Part shown: positions 11,026-21,055 of the stretch, one piece after another
Numbering within the stretch: position 1 is the stretch's first letter
Layout: each line of letters starts with the position of its first letter
Assembly (NCBI RefSeq): GCF_001194135.2
Contig: NC_068984.1
Span: forward strand, 78,419,194 to 78,453,647
Length of the DNA: 34,454 nucleotides
Source of the DNA: Octopus bimaculoides
Taxonomy: Eukaryota
Direction of reading: 5' to 3'
Position numbers and translations under genes: made by a program
The notes under the pieces: generated by a model
Seen by the model: the letters and a program-made list of their open reading frames with translations, nothing else
Database searches by the model: none
What the model was told of the DNA's origin: nothing

Positions 11026-11543
11026 GCTGTGTGAGGACGACCATATTATAGAGTATGCATAATGTTTTCTCTCTGTGTTGTAGAAGGCAAAAGGAGTTGG
11101 GGTAAGATTTGCACTCCAACCTTGTGAAACCCTTACCAGCAACAACTATCCTAACAAACACATCGCTTGGGAGAGTTGTCATCAGAGAGGTGCAAAGGTG
11201 TCATCTACCAACAAATGGTGGATGCAGCAATCCACTTACAGTGCATGCTCCCATACTACTACTGTTATGTATGTATGTGTATGTGTGTTGTATATGTGTA
11301 TATATATATGATTCCAAATTGAAGGTGTGGAACAGGTAAAATGTATATTGCATATGTTTCTTAGCTAGCTGAAGCTCTTGATGTAACAGTTATGCAATGA
11401 GCTATGCTCAGTGTAGCAAATCACTGTCTTCTTATTGTATATTGTCCACCTTTTCTTCTCTACACCTGCCACTCACTGCTTGAAGGTTACCAACTTCCTA
11501 CACTCAGATATGTATACATATCTGGGTGTAGGAAGTTGGTAAG

Positions 11544-11599
<56 letters not shown>
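11544..11599. repeat. (CT)n microsatellite
   Basis: Direct. Confidence 0.97.
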
Positions 11600-12299
11600 N
11601 NNNNNNNNNNNNNNNNNNNNNNNNNNNNNNNNNNNNNNNNNNNNNNNNNNNNNNNNNNNNNNNNNNNNNNNNNNNNNNNNNNNNNNNNNNNNNNNNNNNN
11701 NNNNNNNNNNNNNNNNNNNNNNNNNNNNNNNNNNNNNNNNNNNNNNNNNNNNNNNNNNNNNNNNNNNNNNNNNNNNNNNNNNNNNNNNNNNNNNNNNNNN
11801 NNNNNNNNNNNNNNNNNNNNNNNNNNNNNNNNNNNNNNNNNNNNNNNNNNNNNNNNNNNNNNNNNNNNNNNNNNNNNNNNNNNNNNNNNNNNNNTATTGA
11901 CCTTTTTCTTTCCTTTAAAAATCGGCATGAACTTTCTGGACAAACCAATAGATAGACAGATAGATAGTTCTGTTACTGGGTGGGGTGAGGGTGGGGGCAG
12001 AGTGGTGGGGGCAGAGTGGTGGGGAATCAACAAAGACAATACTTCTTACAGCAAGAGTTGAATATCATTTATTGTAAACAGGATTTAAATTCAAGTTACT
12101 ATTAATTTCATGCCTCTGATAATACAACATTTTATAGTCTGTATTTTAGAGTCTGAATAAAAACCTTGGAAACATACCCTACAAACTATCTGTCCATTGT
12201 ATTTTCAGGGGTTTGAAACTAGTTATAACTTGAATTTAAACCCTGTGTATATAAATATATAGGCATATACATATAAATATATATACATATACATTCATA

Positions 12300-12510
12300 T
12301 ACACCATTCGCCATGATAGATCGCTAACCACTACACACATTTTTTTCTCTCCTTGTTTTTCTCCTTGTTTCTTTTTGTGTTCCTTTCTGTGGAAGAGCGT
12401 AGGCTCGAAACATTAAAGACTTTTTCAATTCCTGAGTGTTATACTAATACATCTATTTGTTTTCTACACTACCTGTCTTCGTCTGTTGTTTTTTTGTGAA
12501 TTCTCCCTAT
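12300..12510 (+). mobile_element. Penelope-like terminal fragment with a non-canonical minimal HHR-like motif
   Basis: CTTT/AAAG stem I, CTGTGGA-A core (A6 to U), GAGC-GTAG-GCTC stem II, GAAAC at 12407-12411. The PLE assignment is by motif architecture only. Confidence 0.4.
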
Positions 12511-14004
12511 ACATCTATATATCAGTATAATATATTATAAGGAGAAAGTGGAGTGTCTTAACTGATAAAATTCAATTTATTAACATATTGTCAAAATTCT
12601 CTGTTACCTACTATCGTTTCCATACTCAACTCATTCGATTACAAGTTAATGAATTAAAAATTGGATCTTGAAATAGCAAGTTAAATATTTCCTCAGGGTG
12701 AGAATTAGACAAAAAGAATCACATCATAAGTGACTGGGTGATCATCAACAGACTCAACAGTGTTTGTGCATGTGCATATTAATATTTAAAAAAAAAACAA
12801 CATATATTTATATCTTTTGTTTTTGTTTATTTGTGTGTGTGTGTGTTAAATTTATTTGCATCTGTGCACGTTAATATTTAAAAAAAACCCATTGTTTGTG
12901 TATCTACTTTTGTTTCTGTTTTTTGTGTGCATATGTATGTTAATGGTTGATCATGTGATAGTGCTGGAAATTACATAACTTACTGCAGGTATGCTATTGT
13001 CTTCTACATCATCAAAATATGTGTTGCAAACAATTTTATCATTCAACAAAATATTATTATCATTATTATTATTACCTAATTATATCTAAAAATTAATTAT
13101 TTCATATTTTATTCCTCATAACTTAATATAATATTTTTGTAATTATACTTTATAATACGTATTTATATCTATTAAATTATCCAATTTATATTTCATCCTA
13201 GTTTTTATTTTAATTTAATTTTGTTTGTAGTTTTTAAATATGAATTTATATGTGTGCATACATGTTAAACATTTATCACGCTTACAGTTAAGAAGTTTGT
13301 GCTTAGATTTTAAAATTTGGAAGATTTCATTAATAGAAAGATCATAACAGGTATTGGCTAACATGGCTGATAGTTTCTCAGTTCGGGTTACAATCCTTAC
13401 TTTTGTCCTTTAATTCCCAAATAAATTTGCTTGGATTGGTGCTGATTGATTTATTTTTGTTTCTAAATGTGTTTTCATGGTTGATGATTCTTCACTTAAT
13501 AAAATTTGCCATGGAACCTATGTAATAATAATTTAGTCACTTGGATTCTACTTTGCCTCTATATACCACATCTTTCTGTTGGCAAAAATTATTAAAGCCA
13601 ACAGTTATCTTTAAATTTGCAATCACAGTGAGTATTTTTGCCCTTCCCTATAAATCTGTGGTCAAAACTAATCTTGTCCGTAGTGTTAGTTTTTTTTTCC
13701 TTATAATTCCATGGTTAAAATGGGAGAATATGGGTTACCTCACTTTCTTCACTTGGAGATCTAATTCCTTGCTTATTAGAATTGGGAATTACTCTGGTTG
13801 CTTAGTGAGATATTATCATTGCACATATTTCTTTTGTTATAGAAAATGTTCAGTTTTTTGTCATTTAGTGAATAAATAATCTGAGAAACATTGAGATGGA
13901 AAAACCAAATTTAACTAATTCCATGTTAATTATCTCATGGTACTAATTTTCTTCAGTAAAATATTTGGAAATAATTCTATAAAAAAATTTAATTGAATTA
14001 CTTT

Positions 14005-14055
14005 TAACACCAAAGATGAACTGAAGACAAGGATTATTGCAGCAAACCAGGAGGG
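14005..14055 (+). mobile_element. Tc1/mariner transposase C-terminal remnant
   Basis: Translates as NTKDELKTRIIAA, resembling mariner-type C-termini (recognised from memory). Confidence 0.35.
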
Positions 14056-14179
14056 CAACAGACCATCATTTTATCATGCTGCTACTGCATAACTCTCTCT
14101 GAGAGATTTAGAAATGCAATATTTTTAATTTTGTAGATCAGTGAATTTATTTCACTTGAAATTCTATAAGTTTTCAACA

Positions 14180-14383
14180 GCGATTTAGCACCGACAGCTA
14201 GCAAAGCCAAGCGACTCCAGACTGACGAGGGGCAGTTACCCTGAAACTAGTCTCTGGATGCTGGCTTTGTTGGGTGGAGGTGCTTATCTCCTCTGTTTGA
14301 AAACTTAAGGACACAGAACGCTTGGGGCTAAATAGCAGTAGCAGTCTTCCCTTTCCTGGGACTGCCACATTATGTCGGTAACA
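14180..14383 (+). ncRNA. Type I hammerhead ribozyme in a structured GC-rich island (retrozyme-like)
   Basis: Stem I TCCAGA 14216-14221 / TCTGGA 14253-14258; CTGACGA 14222-14228; stem II GGGG/CCCT with loop CAGTTA; GAAA 14243-14246; palindromic ACTAGT helix III; GUC triplet 14250-14252. Stem I extends through 14195-14212/14260-14276. Confidence 0.85.
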
Positions 14384-15083
14384 AACTATCACTATATATG
14401 TTTGTGTGTGTGTTTGTGTATGTATGTATGTATCCGGACATACATTTTTATATATGCTTGAAATATTGTTTCCACTCCTATTTTTCCTTCTAAAATTTTT
14501 ACTGAGTATCATTCTAATATATTCACTGTGTATGTCCAATTGGCTTTTGTTGTTTCTTACTGTTTTTTTAAAATTTATTTTATCTTGTCTTCATGCTGAA
14601 CACTCATATGTCGGCTCTGGTAGGAAAAATCTATCATATAGATATATATATATATATATATATACCAGTAGGGCCCGTGGAAATTCCAGATTGGAAAAAA
14701 AAACTAAGGAGACCTATTTAAGAAAGAAAGGATGACTTGCATTTTTACAGCATTCATAGTTTAGCTTTCTTTAAATATTCTTGTCGTTCATCGACATACA
14801 TTTCCTCACGTCTCCGTCGATGTTGTTGTTTTCCTCTTTTTATTATATCTTCTTGCTGTTCGTCTCTGATCCATACTCTATATCAGCACATCCTTTCTCA
14901 GGCAGATTGGAACCATGTTTGTTTGTGAATCCAGAGTTTAGTCTAAATTAACCCTTATAAACAAATATCAATTTTTTAAAGCAAGCAGATGATAATTGCG
15001 CTTATGCGATGGCTGCTATAAAAAATTAGTTCAATGAAAAAATTTACTTTTCAATATCAACACACCACCACCACTGCTATCTG

Positions 15084-15120
<37 letters not shown>

Positions 15121-15919
15121 ATTACTGCTTCCCCTGTCCATCTCTATCTTCCTTTCTCTTCAGCTAACTTTCTAACCACTTAATAAGTATTCCTTCCCCA
15201 CTCTACTGCACATCATTAACACTTCTCTCTCCTTCTTTTTCTCTCATTGTCTTTTTCTCTCATTCTTTTTCTCTCTTTTTCTCTCATTCTTCACCTCTAC
15301 CTTCAGCTGACCACATGACCACTTGGCTTAAGTGTATTAATATTAATCACCTTTCTCTACTTCTTCCTCCTTTCTTCACTACTTCTTTCTCTCTCACTCT
15401 TACTCCACCTCTCAAACTAATGTATAATGGGTGAACAAACAAACAAATTATATAGATAGATAGATGTCTATATGTGTGTGTATGTGTGCAGGATAGGGAA
15501 GCTAATATCAAAACACTTTTTCAAATATATCTTTAATAAATGTTGTGATATAAAAACTAATATTTTTGCATGTTTGAGGTTGTGATAGATTGTTCATGAA
15601 TTATGGAATAACTTTAATGAAATATTGGTGAAATGAACTACATGGAATCTAGCTTTCATAACATCATAGCTGACACAGGCCTTGCAAAGGCAATAGTTTA
15701 TACTACATTTTAACTAAACCTAAAGCTACCGGAGATCTTTTCCATTCATCTATCTCTCTGTACTTGCAACAACTGCAAGGATGATCTCGGCACCTTTCTG
15801 ACTCTTTTAAAATAATTGGAAATAGATCTCTGCCTGTCAATAATGACTAAACTTGTTGCCAAAATCCCATAGTGTGTGTTGCAGAACGATAACTATGAAT
15901 GTGAAAAATGAGTTAAGCA

Positions 15920-16500
15920 TGAAGTCATATATTTACAGATGTTAAAGCATTCTGAAGCAATTTGGGCTGAAAGAGTCCCTCCCTCGCCTTAACTTTTTAA
16001 TTACTTAAATCACATGGGAGGGAAAATGAGTATTTTTGTCAGCATAAAGAAATTTGTTGTCAACCAAGTCATCAGCTTGATACAAATGCAGAATTATGGC
16101 ATTCTAGCCTTTTCCAAATTGCTACTGATATAAGTGCTTGGAGCAGATGCAAATGAAATATGTGTAATGTCATTTCATATGGATCTTAACTTTAAAAGAG
16201 CTGATTATTTGGATGTCTTTGATAAAATTCTATTACTAAACATGATCTGAGTAAGGTTATGTCCATTTAAGACTCTGTGCTAGCATAGAATTCAAAGCCC
16301 AAACAGAATTATTTTAATGTCAAACTTCTACTGTTTATCACTAAGAATGCCTGACTCAACAGATCTAAATATATTTAACTTCTGGCTGTGGGATATCGTT
16401 GAGGAGAAGTCTAATGCAACAACTCACCATTAGGAAGACGTTCATGTCTATAAACATAGATAAGCAATGAGGGCAAACTCACATTTCTATAATCAGTCAA
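15920..16500 (+). mobile_element. Heavily degraded Tc1/mariner-type transposon remnant
   Basis: Fragments YLDVFDKILL and PDSTDLN...WDIVEEKSN resemble the YxxVLxxxxLP and SPDLNPxDxxxWxxVE motifs. Confidence 0.4.
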
Positions 16501-17124
16501 TAATAATTACATTGTGTAACAATATTTTAATTTTTTTTTTTTTACTTTGGTCAGTGAATGTTATTTCCTATTAGCTTCTATCTAGAAATCAAAGGAAATG
16601 ACTACTATTCCCTTCAAACTTTGCTTTTGTGACCTGGACATCAATGTTTTGAAATTGACCTATTCGCCATTAGATTTCAGACAGATTCAGCACCAAGTTA
16701 CTGAAGCAGAAATATCATTATAGCAAATATTCTGCTCAATATCACAGATTTCTTTGTCAGTTGCTTGATCTTAACTACTTGAGCATGTCCCTTAGTGGCT
16801 GACAATATGTGCATCTCTGATCATGCGCAGGGATAGTGGAGAGCATTATAGCCATGTGTTGAGATGGATTCTTTGGAGTTTGAATAAATCTAACGAAAGC
16901 AAAGTTTGAAAGAAATATTAACCATTTTTCATATTTTCAAGGAGTAGGCAAATAGGAAATAACACTTGCTATCCAAAGACAAAAATCCTGAAAATATTTA
17001 CTAACATATTGCTTTATGTGATGACAAATTAACATAAAAATTTCAAGCTTCTATTTGTTTCATACCTTAGTTACAGGTTTTGTAATTTCTGAATCCAGTC
17101 TCAATTTAACTATCTTACCCTCCT

Positions 17125-17330
17125 CATCATTTTAACTTCAACTTTTCCACTGCTAGCATGGGTCAAACAAGACTACACTGGGGTGGATACTCTTGATACT
17201 GCTGCTTGATACTCTTCCTGACACCAATCCTCATCTGTTTTCAAGCAAAGAAATAATCCCATTGTGTATCAAACAATGAAAAGTCAACACTGTCACACAG
17301 AGAATTGGAAACAAATGACATCCTTTGAAT
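17125..17330 (-). mobile_element. Degraded SINE family B 3' part
   Basis: CTTTTCCACTGCTAGCATGGGTCAAAC, the reverse complement of the tail. Confidence 0.55.
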
Positions 17331-17499
17331 ATGCCTCTTATTTACAAATGTATATTGACATGTGAAACATGTCAAGAAGCATGGACCTTCCTTTGCAGTG
17401 GACTGCATGCAATATTACCTGCATTAACAGCAGTACTTTTGTTTACACTAAGTGAAAACACATGAAGCTGTGGAGAAATATGAGTTCCCTTATCATATG

Positions 17500-17955
17500 C
17501 ATCATCATTATTTTAACATCCACTTCTTCATGCTTATTTTGGTCAAACCGAGTTTGTTGAGGCAGATTTTCAATGGTTGTATACCTTTACTGTCACCAAC
17601 CCTCACCTGTCTTCAAGCAAGGTAATATTTCCCCATGGTTAGACATGTCCCCGTACAATACTGGAAATGAACGATACTGCTTTTATGACAAGTTACAATC
17701 ATTTTACGCCTATCACATGATGTCAAAACAGGGACACACAAACTTGCACTCATTCATATGCACATACACAACATATACGTAATATATATGCACATATACA
17801 ACATGCTTTTTCAGTTTCCATCTATCAAATCCGCTCACAAGGCTTTGGCTGGCCCAGGGCTATAGTAGAAGACACTTGCCCAAGGTGTCACACAGTGGAA
17901 CTGAACATGGAACCATGTAGTTGGGAAGCAAATTTCTTACTACATAGCAACACCT
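17500..17955 (-). mobile_element. SINE family B, full length
   Basis: Reverse complement of head (GAAGACACTTGCCCAAGGTG), middle and tail. Confidence 0.85.
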
Positions 17956-17964
17956 TCAGTTTCT

Positions 17965-18193
17965 TATTTCTTTATTGTCCACAAGGGGCTAAACATAGAG
18001 GGGACAAACAAGGACAGACAAAGGGATTAAGTCGATTACATCGACTCCAGTGCATAAGTGGTACTTAATTTATCGACCCTGAAAGGATGAAAGGTAAAGT
18101 CGACCTTGGCAGTATTTGAACTCAGAACCTAACGGCAGACAAAATACCACTAAGCATTTCGCCCGGCGTGTTAACGTTTCTGCCAGCTCGCCG
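17965..18193 (-). mobile_element. SINE family C, complete, with 17-bp target-site duplication
   Basis: CAACACCTTCAGTTTCT at 17948-17964 and 18194-18210. Head GCGGCGAGCTGGCAGAAACG, B-box GAGTTCAAA, central TTTCATCCTTTCAGGGTCGATAAATTAAGTACCA. Confidence 0.92.
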
Positions 18194-18219
18194 CAACACC
18201 TTCAGTTTCTATCAACCAT

Positions 18220-18342
18220 TTTCACCCACAAGGTAATGGTTGATCTGCAGCTGTAGCATAAGATGTTAGTTGATGACATCCATGCAGTGGGACTGAACCC
18301 CTGGCCATGTAGTTCCAAAGTGAACTTCTTAACCACACATGC

Positions 18343-18379
<37 letters not shown>

Positions 18380-18585
18380 GGTAGATATGTAGGTAGATAC
18401 AGATAAATATATTTGTGTTGTGTTGGCACAGGCATGGCTGTGTGGTAAGAAGTTTACTTCCCAACTACATAGTTCTGGGTTCAGTCTGACTGCATGGCAC
18501 CTTTGGGAAGTGCCTTCTACTGTAGCCTCAGGCTGATCAAATCCTTGTGAGTGGATTTGGCAAACAGAAACTGAAAGGAGCTCAT
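18220..18585. mobile_element. Two A/B-type SINE heads, divergent (18220-18345 minus, 18424-18585 plus), around (CA)n
   Basis: GGCATGGCTGTGTGGTAAGAAG...GGTTCAGTC head on plus and its reverse complement on the left. Confidence 0.75.
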
Positions 18586-18606
18586 ATAAAAGATATATAT
18601 ATATTA

Positions 18607-18716
18607 ATCCAAATTGGAGGAATGGAGCAGGTAAAATCCGGGATACAGATGTTTCCTTGCTAGCTAGGAAACATATGTAGCCTGGATTTTACTTGCTTTG
18701 TTCCTTCAATTTGGAT
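18607..18716. mobile_element. Palindromic MITE-like element (~110 bp); half copy at about 11312-11370
   Basis: ATCCAAATTG.AGGA...GTAAAATCC.GG.TACA.ATGTTTCCT, centred on GCTAGC, mirrored to TTCAATTTGGAT. Confidence 0.7.
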
Positions 18717-18964
18717 TTTTATTTGCATTCATAGCAACCTCGTTGTTAACAATGAATTATAAAAAAAACTTTTTTCAGCTTATCGAACTTCTGTATGGGA
18801 AAAACCTACAACCTTCGATGTCAATAAACTATTATTGTTCCTGAAAGTTGTTTTTATACCTACAACAGACTGCTTGAAACTTATTAACTTCCTACACTTG
18901 GATCCTTGGAGCTTACAATTACATATCAATATGATGATGATGACATAGTATATATACATATATA

Positions 18965-19190
18965 TATGTGTGTGTCTTTGTGTCTGTGTTTGACCCCCAC
19001 CACTGCTTGACGACTGGTGTTGGGGTGTTTACATCCCTGTAACTTGGCAGCTTGACAAGAGAAACTGATAGAATAAGTACCAGGTTTTAAAAAATAAGTA
19101 CTGGGATGGATTCTTTTGACTAAAATTCTTCAAGATGGCACTCCAGCATGGCCTCAGGCTAATGACTGAAACACATATAAGATAAAAGAT
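18965..19190 (+). mobile_element. SINE family A 3' half
   Basis: Aligns with 8630-8848. Confidence 0.8.
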
Positions 19191-19239
19191 GTGTAACTAA
19201 GCTGGTCAATGAATGTCTTATGGGTTTGTCTATGTGTAA

Positions 19240-19279
<40 letters not shown>

Positions 19280-19325
19280 CCATAATAGCATGGAAGGTGG
19301 ACATTAGATGATGATGATGATATAT

Positions 19326-19483
19326 GCAAGTATGGCTTTGTGGTAAGAAGCTTGCTTCCCAACCATATGGTTTCAGGTTCAGTCCCATTGCATGGTTCCT
19401 TAGGCAAGTGTCTTGTATTATATCCACGGGCTAACCAAAGCATTGTGAATGGATTTTGTAGACTGAAACTAAAAGAAGTCTGT

Positions 19484-19565
<82 letters not shown>

Positions 19566-19800
19566 GTATGTATGTATGTCTGTCTGTATGTATGTATTTA
19601 TATGTGTATGTCTGTGTTTGTCCCATCAATATTGGTGTGTTTATGTCCCCGTAACTTGGCAGTTCGACCAAAGAAACCAATAGAATAAGTACTAGACTTG
19701 CATAGTATAACTTCTGGGGTTGATTTCTTCGACTGAAACCCTTTAAGGTGGTGCTACAGTATGGCCATAGTTAAATGACTGGAACAAGTAAAAGAATAAA
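19326..19800 (+). mobile_element. SINE family A, full length, with internal (TG)(TA)n
   Basis: tRNA-like head (TATGGCTTTGTGG; GGTTCAGTCCC), CCTTAGGCAAGTGTCTT, microsatellite at about 19480-19610, family A tail. Confidence 0.9.
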
Positions 19801-20147
19801 AGGATATGTGTAGGTGTGTCTTTGTGTATTGAAATATGTGTGTTGTGGGGTGTGAGGATGTGTACAATAGGTGTGCATGTGTGTGAGAGAACTTGCATCT
19901 AAACAACCCAGTGAATATTGTTGCATGTCTTCGTGTAAATAGACATATGGGTTTGCATGTTTGTGTGCTGTGTGTGTGTTGCTAGGCATGCATGTGTATT
20001 GTCTGTGTTTGGTGGTATATATGTGTATGTACAGGCTATGTTTGCCATGATGTGTACTAGTTTGGGAGTGTATGCGTATGTCAGTGTATGTGTGTGTGTG
20101 TGTGTATAGGGCATAGGAAGGGAGACGAGGGCAGTTGCATACATATA

Positions 20148-20214
<67 letters not shown>

Positions 20215-20528
20215 AATAATGAGTATATGCATATATATGTACAGGTATGTGCATACCTACATCTACCTGTATATATAGGTGCATATCTGGGTACAGGACA
20301 TTGCAAACAAAACGTAGACAAAAAAATAATAATAACCAGAGTACAGAAAACACACAGGCCACATAGAGAACATTTTCCTTCATCATCTGCCCCCATTCTA
20401 ACACAGGCGTTTCGAATGAAAAGCCCGTGGTGGTGGTGGATTTGGTGGGCGGATGCCTATGCAATGTCTGAGTTTGTGTGTCTGTATTGGGTGGGTGAAC
20501 ACAAACATACATGCACACACACACACAA

Positions 20529-20565
<37 letters not shown>

Positions 20566-21055
20566 CTGCTGCTCCACTTAAATTATGTTAAATTACTGAA
20601 GTTTTAGTCTTATCAAATTTATCTGTTTTAAAAGAGAGAAACTTAATTGAGATGATAACACTGCAGACTTTTTTTTTTATTGCTATGTATGTATGTTTAT
20701 TTGTGTATAAATGTATTTCTCTGCCCCCCTCCCTCCTTCTCTCTTTCTATCTTTCTTTCTCTATGTGTATATAGGTATATGTATACACTCTCACATGTAG
20801 TATTATCTGATGTATTTGTTTTTCTTCTCTTTTTACTCAGCATGTATTTTTGAGGTTTATCTTTATCTCCCTTCTCTACCTATCTCAATATATGTGTGTG
20901 TGTGTGTGTGTATTCCAAACTGTCAGGGTGGGATAAAGTAGGGCCCAGTTAAACCAGTGCGTAACTGGTACTTATTCAAATGACCCCGGAAAGATGAAAA
21001 GCAAGACATGATCAGTGTATATGTTGTACACTGAAGTGTGTGTGTGTTTTCTATA

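Noticed and set aside
11150-11195. CTGATGA on the minus strand with a CAACT/AGTTG stem; also CTGANGA hits at about 16072, 21223, 28743 and 31308
   Set aside because: No correctly placed GAAA and helix III on the same strand.
14181-14377. AG...GT-bounded segment over the HHR island read as a coding exon or pre-miRNA
   Set aside because: All three frames have stops, and the exact hammerhead core explains the hairpin better. Use as a non-coding exon is not excluded.
14660-14900. Charged minus-strand peptide IRDEQQEDIIKRGKQQHRRRREEMYVDERQEYLKKAKL, reminiscent of Helitron N-terminal repeats
   Set aside because: Short, stop-bounded, with no Rep/helicase motif or terminal hairpin seen.
20230-20430. 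Minus-strand CGAAACG followed by a PLE-like terminal sequence
   Set aside because: The CUGANGA half is absent. It may be a truncated PLE end but cannot be supported from this window.
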